Shown here in pieces: positions 34,322 through 45,837 of a stretch of 64,000 nucleotides of DNA; the first letter of the stretch is position 1, and each line of letters begins with the position of its first letter. A model generated the notes under the pieces. It saw nothing but the letters and a program-made list of their open reading frames with translations, was not told the DNA's origin and did no database searches. The position numbers and the translations under genes are program-made. Source of the DNA: Bacillales bacterium (GTDB lineage Bacteria > Bacillota > Bacilli > CAJFEE01); contig JAQSYP010000001.1 in the NCBI GenBank assembly GCA_029256085.1, positions 580,497 through 644,496 of the forward strand, written 5' to 3'.

Positions 34322-34795
34322 GTGGCTATACTTAAAATTATAGAACATCCAAATGAAATATTATCCACTGAATGTGAAGAAGTATTTGTATTTAATAACA
34401 AATTAAGAAAACTAATTAAAAATATGTATGAAACAATGATTGAACATGATGGTGTGGGATTAGCTGCCCCTCAAGTAGGGGTCAATTTGCGAATCGCAAT
34501 AGTAGATATTAATGATGAAAATGGTCTAATTGAGCTTATAAATCCCGTAATTATTGAAGAAACTGGTAAAATCACCGAAGTTGAAGGGTGCTTAAGTTTC
34601 CCAGGGATTTATGGGGATGTAACACGTCCACATGAGATAAAGGTAAAAGCTCAAAACGCAAAAGGAAAACAATTTACACTTTCAGCTGTTGGTTTTTTAG
34701 CAAGAGCAATTTCTCATGAAATAGATCATTTAAACGGAATATTATTTACTTCGAAAGTTGAGAAATTTTATGAGCTTGAAACATTAGAAGGATAG
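34322..34795 (+). CDS. def: Peptide deformylase
   Basis: GVGLAAPQ, EGCLS and HEIDH motifs. Confidence 0.95.
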   Translation: MAILKIIEHPNEILSTECEEVFVFNNKLRKLIKNMYETMIEHDGVGLAAPQVGVNLRIAIVDINDENGLIELINPVIIEETGKITEVEGCLSFPGIYGDVTRPHEIKVKAQNAKGKQFTLSAVGFLARAISHEIDHLNGILFTSKVEKFYELETLEG

Positions 34796-34803
34796 GTGAT
34801 TAA

Positions 34804-35748
34804 ATGTTAAATATAGTTTTTATGGGAACTCCAGATTTCTCAGTTCCGGTACTCCAAACTTTAATTAATGATGGATATAATGTAATTGCAGTTGTTACTC
34901 AGCCTGATAGACCAAAGGGGCGTAAGAAAGAACTTACTCCTCCTCCAGTTAAAGTTGAGGCATTGAAAAATAACATTCAAGTATTTCAACCTGAAAAAAT
35001 ACGTGAAAAATTAGAATATGAAAAAATAATCGCCCTGAATCCAGACCTAATTGTGACTGCAGCTTTTGGACAAATTCTTCCAAAAGAATTACTAGAGGCA
35101 CCAAGACTAGGATGTATTAATGTTCATGCATCATTACTTCCAGAGTTGAGAGGTGGCGCGCCAATACACTATTCTATTATCCAAGGGAAGAAAAAAACAG
35201 GTGTCACAATTATGTACATGGTAGAAAAACTTGATGCGGGTGATATCTTAACGCAAGTAGAAGTTGCTATTTCCGAAACAGATAATGTTGGTACTCTACA
35301 TGACAAGCTTAGTGAGGCAGGATCAGAATTACTTTTAAAAACAATTCCAAAGCTCATAAATAACGAGATAACACCAATAAAGCAAACTGAAAGTGAAGCT
35401 ACGTTTGCATTCAATATAAAAAGAGAACAAGAAAAAATAGATTGGGATAAATCTGGAGAAGAAATTTATAATCACATAAGAGGGTTAAATCCTTGGCCAG
35501 TTGCTTTTACAACTCTATTAGGACAAGTGATTAAAGTCTGGTGGGGAGACAAACAGTTTTCTAATTCAAATGAGGTACCAGGCACTATATTGAAGGTTGA
35601 CGAAACAGGTATATTAGTTAAATCTGGTAATAATACTTGTATTAATATAACCGAATTACAACCAGCAGGAAAAAGAAAAATGTTAGTAAACGAATTTACA
35701 CGAGGAACAAAAACAACTCAACTAGTTGGGAAGAAGTTAGGAAGTTAA
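34804..35748 (+). CDS. fmt: Methionyl-tRNA formyltransferase
   Basis: Formyltransferase fold HASLLP. Confidence 0.95.
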   Translation: MLNIVFMGTPDFSVPVLQTLINDGYNVIAVVTQPDRPKGRKKELTPPPVKVEALKNNIQVFQPEKIREKLEYEKIIALNPDLIVTAAFGQILPKELLEAPRLGCINVHASLLPELRGGAPIHYSIIQGKKKTGVTIMYMVEKLDAGDILTQVEVAISETDNVGTLHDKLSEAGSELLLKTIPKLINNEITPIKQTESEATFAFNIKREQEKIDWDKSGEEIYNHIRGLNPWPVAFTTLLGQVIKVWWGDKQFSNSNEVPGTILKVDETGILVKSGNNTCINITELQPAGKRKMLVNEFTRGTKTTQLVGKKLGS

Positions 35749-35749
35749 A

Positions 35750-37090
35750 ATGAAAAAAGTTAGAGAAATAGCACTAGAGACTTTAATAAAAGTTATTAAA
35801 GAAAACGCATTTTCAAATTTACAACTAAATTACACCATTGAAAATAATGAAATAAATAGCAAGGATAAAGGATTGTTAACTGAAATAACATATGGTACGA
35901 TCCAACGTCAGTTAACACTTAGGAAAATTCTATCACAGCTTACTGAAGGTAAGAAAACTGAACAATGGGTTGAAATTTTACTGTTAATGTCATTGTATCA
36001 GTTAATTTACCTAGATAGAGTACCCGACCATGCTGTTATAAATGAAGCAGTTGAAATAGCAAAAAAGAAAGGTCATAAAGGTATTGCTTCTTTTGTAAAT
36101 GGTGTATTAAGAAGCTTTCTAAGAAATAAAAATAAATTAGTTAAGGTACCTACTAATGAAGTTGAGAGAATAAGTTTTGAGACTAGTCATCCTGAATGGC
36201 TAGTTAAATACTTTATTAGTTTATATGGGGTTAATGAAACTGAAGAGATGTGTAAAGCAAATCTTTTACCACCTCTTGCAACAGCAAGGGTTAATACTAA
36301 TAAAATTTCAGTTGAAGAAGCAATAAATCAGCTTAAAGAAGAAGGTTACGAGATATCCAAAGGCAACCTAGTTAAAGAATGTATCATTTCAACTAAAGGT
36401 AATTTTGCTAACTCTACCTTATTTAAAGATGGAAAAATTACTATTCAAGATGAAAGTTCTATGTTAGTCGGTATAGCTGTTGATCCTAAAGTAAATGAAC
36501 AAATAATTGATACGTGTGCTGCGCCAGGTGGTAAAACTACACATATAGCTGAAAAACTGAATGGCACTGGTAAGGTTATTAGTTTAGATTTACATAATCA
36601 CAAAATCAAACTTATTAATAAAAATGTAAAGCGTCTAAGTTTAACTAATGTTGAAGCATTACAATGTGATGCAAAATACATACTTGATAAGTTTGATGAA
36701 GAACAATTTGATCGTGTATTAGTGGATGCCCCGTGTAGTGGTTTAGGTGTAATTAACCGAAAACCCGAGATTAAAGACACAAAAACTGAAGAAGACATAA
36801 AGAAATTAGCTGACTTACAGTTAGAAATTTTAACGAAAGCTTCAAAACTTTTAAAAGTAAATGGAACACTTGTTTATTCAACATGTACAATAACAAACGA
36901 CGAAAATCAGGCGGTTATAAGCAAGTTTCTAAGAGAAAACAAAAATTTCCAACTAGATAACTCATTACATGAGAGAATGCCAGAAAAACTATTATCTAGT
37001 CGTGTACAAGATACTGGTCAAATTGTTATTCTACCACATGATTTCAATACAGATGGTTTTTATATTGCGGCTTTAATAAGGAAGGGATAA
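35750..37090 (+). CDS. rsmB: 16S rRNA m5C967 methyltransferase RsmB (Sun)
   Basis: NusB-like N-terminus plus SAM-methyltransferase motifs DxCAAPGGKT and PCSG. Confidence 0.9.
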   Translation: MKKVREIALETLIKVIKENAFSNLQLNYTIENNEINSKDKGLLTEITYGTIQRQLTLRKILSQLTEGKKTEQWVEILLLMSLYQLIYLDRVPDHAVINEAVEIAKKKGHKGIASFVNGVLRSFLRNKNKLVKVPTNEVERISFETSHPEWLVKYFISLYGVNETEEMCKANLLPPLATARVNTNKISVEEAINQLKEEGYEISKGNLVKECIISTKGNFANSTLFKDGKITIQDESSMLVGIAVDPKVNEQIIDTCAAPGGKTTHIAEKLNGTGKVISLDLHNHKIKLINKNVKRLSLTNVEALQCDAKYILDKFDEEQFDRVLVDAPCSGLGVINRKPEIKDTKTEEDIKKLADLQLEILTKASKLLKVNGTLVYSTCTITNDENQAVISKFLRENKNFQLDNSLHERMPEKLLSSRVQDTGQIVILPHDFNTDGFYIAALIRKG

Positions 37091-37093
37091 CAA

Positions 37094-38146
37094 TTGAGTG
37101 AAAAAAGGTCAATTTATTCATTAACTATAGAAGATCTTGAGCAATGGTTAGCTGATGTTAATGAACCAAAATACAGAGCTAATCAAATTTATGACTGGCT
37201 TTACATAAAGAGAGTCAGTGCTATTGAAGAAATGAGCAACTTGTCAAAAAATATTAAGGATAAATTATTACAAAATTTCAATCTTACGAGATTAAAGAAA
37301 TTAATAAAACAAGAATCAAAAGATGGTACTGAAAAGTATTTATTTGAATTAAATGATGGTTCGTCAATAGAAACTGTTCTAATGAGACATGAATATGGAA
37401 ACTCAATTTGTGTTACAACACAGGTAGGATGCAGAATGGGATGTACATTTTGTGCTTCTACACTTGGTGGATTAACACGTAACTTAGAAGCAGGTGAAAT
37501 TGTTACCCAAATTCTAGAAGTTCAAAAAGAGCTTGATAAAACTAATGAACGTGTTAGTCATGTTGTTGTAATGGGAATTGGTGAGCCATTTGATAATTAT
37601 TCTGAACTAGTTAATTTTTTAAAAATCATTAATAGTAATAGTGGTTTGAATATTGGGGCGCGACATATTACAGTTTCAACTAGTGGCATAATCCCCAAGA
37701 TATATGATTTTTCAGATCTTGGTCTCCAAATTAATTTTGCAATTTCTCTTCATGCTGCAAATTCTGAGCTTAGAACTAATTTAATGCCTGTAAATAAGGC
37801 GTACCCAATTACAGAATTGATGAAAGCAGTTAAATATTATATAAAGAAAACAGGAAGAAGAATTACATTTGAATATGGACTTATTGGTGGAAAAAATGAT
37901 AGTGAAAAAGATGCTGAACAACTTGCAGCTCTAGTAAAAGGAATTAAGTGTCATATAAATCTAATACCAGTAAATTATGTTCAAGAAAGAGATTATAAAC
38001 GTACAACTAAAAATCAAATATTTTTATTTGAAAAAATCTTAAAAAAACATGGCATTAATGTTACGATTAGAAGAGAACAAGGACACGATATAGATGCAGC
38101 ATGTGGGCAGCTCCGAGCAAAGGAGCGCAATGATGAAATGGGGTGA
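37094..38146 (+). CDS. rlmN: Radical-SAM 23S rRNA/tRNA m2A methyltransferase RlmN
   Basis: CxxxCxxC radical-SAM motif ([11 protein letters not shown]). Confidence 0.9.
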   Translation: MSEKRSIYSLTIEDLEQWLADVNEPKYRANQIYDWLYIKRVSAIEEMSNLSKNIKDKLLQNFNLTRLKKLIKQESKDGTEKYLFELNDGSSIETVLMRHEYGNSICVTTQVGCRMGCTFCASTLGGLTRNLEAGEIVTQILEVQKELDKTNERVSHVVVMGIGEPFDNYSELVNFLKIINSNSGLNIGARHITVSTSGIIPKIYDFSDLGLQINFAISLHAANSELRTNLMPVNKAYPITELMKAVKYYIKKTGRRITFEYGLIGGKNDSEKDAEQLAALVKGIKCHINLIPVNYVQERDYKRTTKNQIFLFEKILKKHGINVTIRREQGHDIDAACGQLRAKERNDEMG

Positions 38147-38150
38147 TTGA

Positions 38151-38900
38151 ATGAAGGTAACATATTTATCTGATCAAGGTAAAGTTAGAAAGCATAATGA
38201 GGATGCTACAGGATGTTTCTATGATAAAAACGGTAACTTATTAGCTATTGTTGCTGATGGAATGGGTGGACATCTAGCTGGTGATGTAGCGAGTAGAATG
38301 GTACTTGACTATTTTCAGAAAGAGTGGATTGAAAACACCGAGGTTTTTTCTGCAAAAGAAGCAGAAAATTGGTTAAATAAACACCTTGAATTTGCAAATG
38401 AACAAATACTTTTTCATTCTAATAATAATGATGAATGTAATGGAATGGGCACAACTGTTGTAATATCAATTGTCATAGATGATTTTGTAACTATTGCCAA
38501 CATTGGAGATAGTAGAGCCTATGTAATCAATGAGAGTTCGATTGAACAAATCACAGAAGATCATTCCTTAGTTAATGAACTAATAAAACATGGAGAATTA
38601 TCTCCTGAAGATGCTGAACATCACCCAAGAAAAAATATCCTACTTCGTGCTCTAGGAACTGAAAGCAAAGTGAATGCAGACTTTGCCACATATTCAATAG
38701 ATGAAAAAAATATGTTGTTACTTTGTTCGGATGGTTTGTCTAATAAAGTTTGCAATGAGGATATATTAAACATATTAATTGACGATCAAGAAATTGAGAC
38801 TAAAGCACAGAATTTAATTAATAAAGCTAATAATAATGGTGGAGAAGACAACATCAGTCTCGTTATTATTGATTTTGAACGAGCGGTAGAAAGTAGGTGA
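38151..38900 (+). CDS. prpC: PP2C-family Ser/Thr phosphatase PrpC
   Basis: DGMGG motif. Confidence 0.9.
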   Translation: MKVTYLSDQGKVRKHNEDATGCFYDKNGNLLAIVADGMGGHLAGDVASRMVLDYFQKEWIENTEVFSAKEAENWLNKHLEFANEQILFHSNNNDECNGMGTTVVISIVIDDFVTIANIGDSRAYVINESSIEQITEDHSLVNELIKHGELSPEDAEHHPRKNILLRALGTESKVNADFATYSIDEKNMLLLCSDGLSNKVCNEDILNILIDDQEIETKAQNLINKANNNGGEDNISLVIIDFERAVESR

Positions 38901-38907
38901 GAGGTTA

Positions 38908-40827
38908 ATGTTAATAGGAACTAGACTTAATGATAGATATAAAATAATGGATATAATTGGCACTGGTGGAATGGCAACGGTATATAGAGCTATTGACGGG
39001 ATTTTAAATAGAGAAGTTGCTGTAAAAGTGTTAAGACATGATCATATTAATGAACCAGATTTTATTAAGAGATTCAATAGAGAAGCACAATCGGCTCTAA
39101 GCCTATCTCATCAAAATATTGTAAGTATTTATGATGTAGGAACTGATAATGATGTGCATTATATCGTAATGGAATATGTTAAAGGATGTACGTTAAAACA
39201 GTATATTCAACAAAACGCACCGCTTTCATTACCGAAAGCATTACATATTATGGAACAATTGACATCAGCAATTTCACATGCTCATCATAATAATATAATT
39301 CATAGGGATATTAAACCACAAAACATTTTATTAAATGAGAATGGTACTGTTAAAGTTACAGATTTTGGAATAGCAACGGCTGTTAGTTCTGTAACAATTA
39401 CACAAACTAATACATTAATTGGTTCTGTTCATTACATTTCACCAGAGCAAGCTAAAGGTGGATCTATTACAAAACAAACAGATATTTACTCTTTAGGGAT
39501 TGTGTTTTTTGAATTATTAACTGGATATACTCCATTTACTGGAGACAGTGCAGTCTCTATTGCTTTAAAACATTTGCAGAATGAAACGCCTTCAATTAGA
39601 AAGATAAACTCAAATGTTCCACAATCAGTTGAGAATATAATTTTAAAATCTACAGTCAAGGATGTATTATATAGATTTAAATCAGTTGATGAAATGCATC
39701 AAGAAATAGTTACTGCTCTAAATCCAGATAAATTGCACATAGAAGCATTTAAAGTACCTGATTTCGAAGATGATGCAACAAAAATAATTCCAATTATAAA
39801 AGATGAAACTATATCAAGTGGTTCTAAAGAAAATAATAATTCTAAAAAACAATTACAAAATAAGAAAAATAAAAAAGTTATTTGGGGTACGATAATTACA
39901 TTTATAGCGCTTATTGCACTTGTACTCGCAATTGTTATACCTAAGGTTACCTCGCCAGATGATGTTAAAATTCCTGATGTGACAAATATGGATTATGATA
40001 ATGCTGTTAAAGACATTTTATCTTCAGGATTAGAAATAGGGGATGTTATTGAGTTAAGCAGCGATGAAATTAAAGAGGGTAAAGTTATTAAAACAAGTCC
40101 TGAAACAGGGACCATTGTAAAAGAAAGCTCAAAAATAACAATATACAAATCTGTGGGTAAACAAAAAGTCGAGATGGAAGATTATCTAGGTAAACAATAC
40201 GAAGATATTGTAGAAGAGCTAAATGGTATTTTTAAAGAAGTAAAAATTTATAAAGTTACTTCAGATGTACCTGAAGGAGAAATAATCGAGCAAACACCAT
40301 TAGTAGGTGAGAAAATTATACCTAACGAGACAAATGTTAGCTTAGTTGTTTCAGATGGTCCTGAAAAAGTAAAGCTTCTTGATTTTGTAGGATCTTCTTT
40401 ATCGCTTGCTGAGAAATTTAAAGAAGAAAATAAGATTAGATTAGATGTAAAAGAAGAATACTCAGACAAGTATGATAAAGGTCTGATTATAAGTCAAAGT
40501 CCAAAAGCTGAAGTGAAAATAAAGCAAGGTGATCTTTTATCTGTTGTTGTCTCGAAAGGACCAAAAGAAAAACCACCAGCAACAGTAAATGTTGAAGTAT
40601 TTATACCGTTTGACCCAAATTCAAATGTTCCTCAGCAGCAAGTTCAGATATACATTGATGACTTAAATCACGTTATTACACAACCAGCTGAAACTTTCTA
40701 TATTACATCGGACACTACTAAAACAATACAAATAACGGTACCATATGGTAAAGATGCGGAATATAAAATTCAAAGAGATCAGACAGTAATTATTAACGAA
40801 AAGGTTCCTTATCCTACCGATAATTAG
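38908..40827 (+). CDS. prkC: Ser/Thr protein kinase PrkC with PASTA domains
   Basis: Hanks kinase motifs HRDIKPQN and DFG, a TM helix and C-terminal PASTA repeats. Confidence 0.95.
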   Translation: MLIGTRLNDRYKIMDIIGTGGMATVYRAIDGILNREVAVKVLRHDHINEPDFIKRFNREAQSALSLSHQNIVSIYDVGTDNDVHYIVMEYVKGCTLKQYIQQNAPLSLPKALHIMEQLTSAISHAHHNNIIHRDIKPQNILLNENGTVKVTDFGIATAVSSVTITQTNTLIGSVHYISPEQAKGGSITKQTDIYSLGIVFFELLTGYTPFTGDSAVSIALKHLQNETPSIRKINSNVPQSVENIILKSTVKDVLYRFKSVDEMHQEIVTALNPDKLHIEAFKVPDFEDDATKIIPIIKDETISSGSKENNNSKKQLQNKKNKKVIWGTIITFIALIALVLAIVIPKVTSPDDVKIPDVTNMDYDNAVKDILSSGLEIGDVIELSSDEIKEGKVIKTSPETGTIVKESSKITIYKSVGKQKVEMEDYLGKQYEDIVEELNGIFKEVKIYKVTSDVPEGEIIEQTPLVGEKIIPNETNVSLVVSDGPEKVKLLDFVGSSLSLAEKFKEENKIRLDVKEEYSDKYDKGLIISQSPKAEVKIKQGDLLSVVVSKGPKEKPPATVNVEVFIPFDPNSNVPQQQVQIYIDDLNHVITQPAETFYITSDTTKTIQITVPYGKDAEYKIQRDQTVIINEKVPYPTDN

Positions 40828-40836
40828 GAGATAACT

Positions 40837-41718
40837 ATGTTTACTGGAATAATCATCAAGTCACTTGCAGGTTTTTATTATGTATTGAACGAAAGTAAAA
40901 TTTACCAATGTAGGGGTAGAGGTTTATTTAGAAAACAAAAAATTACGCCTCTAGTAGGGGATTATGTTAAATTTCAAGCCGAAAATGATACAGATGGATA
41001 TATTATGGAAATATCTGATAGAAAAAATGAATTAGTTAGACCTCCTGTAGCCAATGTAGATCTAGCACTACTTGTTTTTTCTGCAAAAGAGCCTGATTTT
41101 AATTTTTTCCTATTAAATAGGTTTTTAGTTTTAGTTGAATATAACAATATATGTCCAATAATTATTGTAAGCAAAATCGACTTATTAAATGAAAATGAAC
41201 TAGTTCAGCTAAAACAAAAGCTATCATATTACGAAAATATAGGCTATAAAGTGTTCTATACATCGATGAATGACAACTGTCTAAATGAAGAAATATTAGA
41301 AGTATTAAAGGATGAAGTTACCGTTGTTGCTGGACAGACTGGGGTTGGTAAATCATCTTTATTAAACACGCTTCTACCAGCTTTAGAATTAAAAACGAGT
41401 GAGATTTCTAAACATCTTGGTAGAGGTAAACATACAACCCGACATGTAGAATTACATGATATTGAAGGTAGTTTAATTGCAGATACTCCTGGATTTAGTT
41501 CTTTAGAACTTGGAGAAATAACAATTGAAGAGCTATCTAGTACATTTGTTGAATTTCATGAAAATAGCTCATTGTGTAAATTCAGAGCTTGTACGCATAT
41601 TTCTGAACCGGGGTGCAACATAAAGAAAATGTTGGAGTCAGGACAAATAAATAGTGAAAGATATGATTATTATTTAAGCTTTATCCAAGAAATAAAAGAC
41701 AGAAAGCCGAGGTACTAA
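40837..41718 (+). CDS. rsgA: Ribosome small-subunit biogenesis GTPase RsgA (CpgA)
   Basis: Circularly permuted GTPase; GQTGVGKSS. Confidence 0.9.
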   Translation: MFTGIIIKSLAGFYYVLNESKIYQCRGRGLFRKQKITPLVGDYVKFQAENDTDGYIMEISDRKNELVRPPVANVDLALLVFSAKEPDFNFFLLNRFLVLVEYNNICPIIIVSKIDLLNENELVQLKQKLSYYENIGYKVFYTSMNDNCLNEEILEVLKDEVTVVAGQTGVGKSSLLNTLLPALELKTSEISKHLGRGKHTTRHVELHDIEGSLIADTPGFSSLELGEITIEELSSTFVEFHENSSLCKFRACTHISEPGCNIKKMLESGQINSERYDYYLSFIQEIKDRKPRY

Positions 41719-41719
41719 A

Positions 41720-42367
41720 ATGATTAAGATTGCACCTTCAATATTATCAGCTGATTTCTCTAAACTTGGGGCTGAAATAAAAGATGTAGAAGAAAAAGGG
41801 GCAGACTGGATTCATGTTGATGTTATGGATGGTCACTTTGTACCAAATATAACTATTGGTCCATTAGTGGTGGAATCAATAAGACCTGTAACAAAACTAC
41901 CATTAGATGTACATTTAATGATTGAGAACCCTGATAATTATATTGAACAGTTTGCAAAAGCAGGTGCTGATTATATTACTGTACATGTAGAAGCGTGTAG
42001 ACATTTGCATCGTACTCTTCAAAATATTAAAAATAACGGTGTTAAAGCAGGAGTAGTTCTTAATCCTGCAACTTCTGTTGAAAGCATACAACATGTAATA
42101 AAAGATATTGATTTAGTACTATTAATGTCAGTAAACCCAGGTTTTGGTGGGCAGAAGTTTATACCTGAAGTTATTAACAAGATTAAAAAAGTAAAAGAAA
42201 TGGCTGAAATATCTGGAGTAAATATTGATATAGAAATTGACGGTGGCATTAATCCTGAAACTGCAAAGCTGTGTATTGAAGCTGGTGCAACCGTACTAGT
42301 AGCAGGTAATGCTGTGTTTAATGCAAATGATCGAAAACTTGCAATAGACAATATAAAAAATGCATAA
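41720..42367 (+). CDS. rpe: Ribulose-phosphate 3-epimerase
   Basis: 215 aa; [12 protein letters not shown]. Confidence 0.95.
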   Translation: MIKIAPSILSADFSKLGAEIKDVEEKGADWIHVDVMDGHFVPNITIGPLVVESIRPVTKLPLDVHLMIENPDNYIEQFAKAGADYITVHVEACRHLHRTLQNIKNNGVKAGVVLNPATSVESIQHVIKDIDLVLLMSVNPGFGGQKFIPEVINKIKKVKEMAEISGVNIDIEIDGGINPETAKLCIEAGATVLVAGNAVFNANDRKLAIDNIKNA

Positions 42368-42374
42368 AAAATCT

Positions 42375-42400
42375 AAAGCTTGGCAAAAGCCAAGCTTTTT
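42375..42400 (+). terminator. Terminator after rpe (CTTGGC-AAAA-GCCAAG hairpin family)
   Basis: AAAGCTTGGC AAAA GCCAAGCTTT plus T5. Confidence 0.75.
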
Positions 42401-42415
42401 TCTAAAGGTGATAAT

Positions 42416-43048
42416 ATGAACATAGGTATAGTTGCTGGAGGACCTAAAGAAGAGATACCAGACTTAGCCAAAATAAGCAATATTGATCAGTGGATAGGTG
42501 TTGATAGAGGTATAAGCTATTTACTAGATGTTGAAATAGAGCCTGACATAATATTTGGTGATTACGATAGTTTATTTGAACATCATCATGACTTTATTTT
42601 AAACCATAAAAATTCATATAAATATAATTCTGAAAAGGATGAATCAGATCTTGAGCTTGCTATAAAATGGGCGTTAGAACGAAAGCCCCACAAAGTGAAT
42701 ATATTTGGTGCAACTGGTGGAAGAATTGACCATATGTTAGGTAATATTGGCTTATTAGCTTTATCAATTCATACTAATACACCTGTATATATCATTGATA
42801 AAATTAATATGCTTACAATAATAAAAAATGGTAAAACTGTTATAACTAAAAGTCCAGAATATAAATATATATCTTTTCTACCATTTACAGAAGCTGTAAC
42901 AGGAATAACTTTGACCGGTTTTAAATATCCTTTATTAGACTATGATTTGTTCTTAGGAAGTACTAGATGTATTAGTAATGAACTAGTTGAAGAAGAGTGT
43001 ACTATTTCATTTAATAGCGGCATATTAATACTAATAAAGAGCAAATAG
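42416..43048 (+). CDS. thiN: Thiamine pyrophosphokinase
   Basis: ATG at 42416 after AAAGGTG RBS. The track start at TTG 42380 lies inside the terminator hairpin. Confidence 0.85.
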   Translation: MNIGIVAGGPKEEIPDLAKISNIDQWIGVDRGISYLLDVEIEPDIIFGDYDSLFEHHHDFILNHKNSYKYNSEKDESDLELAIKWALERKPHKVNIFGATGGRIDHMLGNIGLLALSIHTNTPVYIIDKINMLTIIKNGKTVITKSPEYKYISFLPFTEAVTGITLTGFKYPLLDYDLFLGSTRCISNELVEEECTISFNSGILILIKSK

Positions 43049-43117
43049 ACATAGTAATACCCAACGTTAGAGTTGATAAAATAATTAAAGGTAGGAACCG
43101 TTGAAGGAGGGGAACTT

Positions 43118-43198
43118 ATGCGTTTTTATACGATTAAGCTTCCAAGGTTTTTGGGTGGATTAGTACGAGCAATTTTAAACACTGTTAAAAAAGGCTGA
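43118..43198 (+). CDS. spoVM: Stage V sporulation protein M (26-aa coat-morphogenetic peptide)
   Basis: Not in the ORF track because it is too short. AAGGAGG RBS at 43104-43110, then ATG. Product MRFYTIKLPRFLGGLVRAILNTVKKG, against B. subtilis SpoVM MKFYTIKLPKFLGGIVRAMLGSFRKD. Syntenic position next to rpmB. Confidence 0.85.
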   Translation: MRFYTIKLPRFLGGLVRAILNTVKKG

Positions 43199-43202
43199 AA
43201 TT

Positions 43203-43231
43203 AAAAAAAGCACCGAAAAGGTGCTTTTTTT
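43203..43231. terminator. Bidirectional terminator between spoVM (+) and rpmB (-)
   Basis: A7 run, AGCACC gaaaa GGTGCT hairpin, then T6. Confidence 0.75.
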
Positions 43232-43246
43232 AGCTACTAAAAATTT

Positions 43247-43435
43247 TTATACGCGTTCAATCTTACCAGATTTTAATGCTCTAGCAGATACGTAAACACG
43301 TTTTGGTTTACCGTCAACTAAAATGCGAACTTTTTGTAGGTTAGCGCCCCATTTACGCTTATTAGCGTTCATTGCATGAGAACGTGAATTACCTGTACGA
43401 GCTTTTCTGCCTGTAATTGCACAAATACGAGCCAT
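43247..43435 (-). CDS. rpmB: 50S ribosomal protein L28
   Basis: 62 aa starting [16 protein letters not shown]. Confidence 0.97.
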   Translation of the reverse strand: MARICAITGRKARTGNSRSHAMNANKRKWGANLQKVRILVDGKPKRVYVSARALKSGKIERV

Positions 43436-43690
43436 CTATATTACCCTCCTTATTGTTACAAAAAAATTAATACTAAGTACGTTTTTTGTGGAAAATACTA
43501 CTATAATTTATCACAAACAAAATTTGAATGCAATATTAATCGTAAAATCTTTCAAGAAAAAAACCTTGACACTATATAGATAATAATAAGTATAATTAAA
43601 ATATATGATTTGTTCAAGATTTTCTTTGCAAGCAAAACATGGTATAGTTATATGTTGATAGGGTACGTATTATAGAAGGGAGAAAAGACA

Positions 43691-44053
43691 ATGTCTCTTG
43701 AATTAAATAATGAATACGGTAAAATTGAAATTACTTCTGATGTTATTGCTTCTATAGCTGGAGGTTCAGCAATAGAGTGTTATGGAATTGTAGGTATGGC
43801 ATCAAAAAGTCAAATAAAAGATGGATTAACAGACATTCTTAGAAGAGAGAACTTTTCTAAAGGTGTTATTGTTAGAAATGATGAAAATGGAATACATATT
43901 GATATGTATGTAATAATTAGCTATGGAACAAAAGTATCAGAGGTTGCTTATAACGTTCAACAAAAAGTAAAATACATTCTCGAAAAAACAGCCGGCCTAA
44001 AAATTACAAGTGTTAATATTTTCGTTCATGGCGTTCGAGTATTGAACGTTTAG
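43691..44053 (+). CDS. yloU: Asp23/Gls24-family alkaline-shock protein YloU
   Basis: 120 aa; synteny with yloV. Confidence 0.85.
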   Translation: MSLELNNEYGKIEITSDVIASIAGGSAIECYGIVGMASKSQIKDGLTDILRRENFSKGVIVRNDENGIHIDMYVIISYGTKVSEVAYNVQQKVKYILEKTAGLKITSVNIFVHGVRVLNV

Positions 44054-44075
44054 TCAGGGAGGAAAATACAAGCAT

Positions 44076-45743
44076 ATGAGAACATTAGATGGAATTAAAT
44101 TTTCAAGTATGGTAATACAGGGAGCAAATAATTTAAGTTTAAACGCAAAAATTGTCGACGCATTAAATGTATTTCCAGTACCTGATGGGGATACTGGTAC
44201 AAACATGAATTTGTCAATGACATCAGGTGCTAAGGAAGTCAAGAATTGTGATCAATCACACTTAGGTAAAGTAGCACAATGTCTATCAAAAGGTTTATTA
44301 ATGGGAGCTAGAGGTAATTCTGGGGTAATTCTTTCACAGTTATTTAGAGGATTTGCTAAAAGTGTTGAAGGTAAAGAAGAAATAGACACTACAGATTTTG
44401 CTCAAGCATTAGAAGCAGGGGTGTTAACAGCATACAAAGCTGTTATGAAACCTGTTGAAGGTACGATTCTAACAGTTGCTAAGGATACAGCAACTAAGGC
44501 ATTATTGATTGCTCAAACAGAAAAAGATTTTATTAAATTTTTAGAGTTAGTTGTAAAAGAATCAAATGCATCTCTTAAGCGAACGCCTGATCTTCTACCT
44601 ATCCTTAAAGAGGTAGGTGTTGTTGATAGCGGAGGCCAAGGACTAGTATGTATATACGAAGGGTTCCTTGCTAATTTAAAAGGTGAAGAAATTATTGATA
44701 ACATAGAAGTATTAACTAAAGAAGAAACGAATTTTGCAAATAGTGCTCAAGCACATATGAAAACTGAAGACATTGAGTTTGGATATTGTACAGAATTTAT
44801 GATAAAACTTTCTGCCGACAGTGTTAAAGAACACCCATTTAATGAAACATCTTTTAGGGATGAAATTAGTTCTTTTGGAGATTCATTACTAGTTGTTGCA
44901 GATGATGAGTTAGTTAAAGTTCATATACATGCTGAATATCCTGGAGAAGTGCTAACAAGGGCTCAAAGATTCGGCAGTTTAATAAACATGAAAATTGAAA
45001 ATATGAGAGAACAGCACAGTTCACTCTTATTTGAAGATACAAATTCATCTAAACTTGATAACTTAACGGAACAAATAAAGCAGCCGTCTGAATTTGCAAT
45101 TGTTGCAGTTGCAATGGGTTCAGGTATTGCAGATTTATTTATTGGATCAGGTGCTACCGAAGTTATCGAAGGTGGACAAACAATGAACCCTAGCACTGAG
45201 GATATCTTAAATGCAGTAAATAAAACTAATGCAAAAAATGTTTTTATTCTACCAAATAACAAAAATATTATCTTAGCTGCACGTCAGGCAAAAGATGTGA
45301 GTGATGTTAATATTGTTGTTATAGAATCTAAGACAATTCCACAAGGATTAGCAGCCACGCTAGCTTTTAATCCATCAAGAGACGTGGATCAAAATGAGAA
45401 TGCAATGGTAGCAGCAATTGGTTTAGTTAATACAGGACAAATAACATATGCTGTACGTGATACTCAAATTGATGGCGTTGATATTAAGAAAGATGATTAC
45501 ATGGGATTAGTAGAAGGCAAAATAGTATCAACAGATCAAAATAAGTTTGAGGCGACAAAAGGCCTGTTAGATAAATTGATTACTGATGAACATGAAATTT
45601 TTACAATATTTGTTGGCGAGGAAGCTACGGATATTGAAGTTAATGACATAATTAGTTATGTTGAGAATAAATTTCCTGACATAGAAATTGAAACATATAA
45701 CGGGAACCAACCATTATATTCTTTTATTTTCTCAGCTGAATAA
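44076..45743 (+). CDS. yloV: DAK2/DegV-like fatty-acid kinase-related protein YloV
   Basis: 555 aa with DAK2 N-domain; synteny. Confidence 0.85.
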   Translation: MRTLDGIKFSSMVIQGANNLSLNAKIVDALNVFPVPDGDTGTNMNLSMTSGAKEVKNCDQSHLGKVAQCLSKGLLMGARGNSGVILSQLFRGFAKSVEGKEEIDTTDFAQALEAGVLTAYKAVMKPVEGTILTVAKDTATKALLIAQTEKDFIKFLELVVKESNASLKRTPDLLPILKEVGVVDSGGQGLVCIYEGFLANLKGEEIIDNIEVLTKEETNFANSAQAHMKTEDIEFGYCTEFMIKLSADSVKEHPFNETSFRDEISSFGDSLLVVADDELVKVHIHAEYPGEVLTRAQRFGSLINMKIENMREQHSSLLFEDTNSSKLDNLTEQIKQPSEFAIVAVAMGSGIADLFIGSGATEVIEGGQTMNPSTEDILNAVNKTNAKNVFILPNNKNIILAARQAKDVSDVNIVVIESKTIPQGLAATLAFNPSRDVDQNENAMVAAIGLVNTGQITYAVRDTQIDGVDIKKDDYMGLVEGKIVSTDQNKFEATKGLLDKLITDEHEIFTIFVGEEATDIEVNDIISYVENKFPDIEIETYNGNQPLYSFIFSAE

Positions 45744-45837
45744 ATATTTAGTGTATGTATATTTAATAATTGTTAGAAGGGATGATTATTCTATTATTGA
45801 ATAATGCCCTTCTATTTGTATATTAGGGGAGATACTA

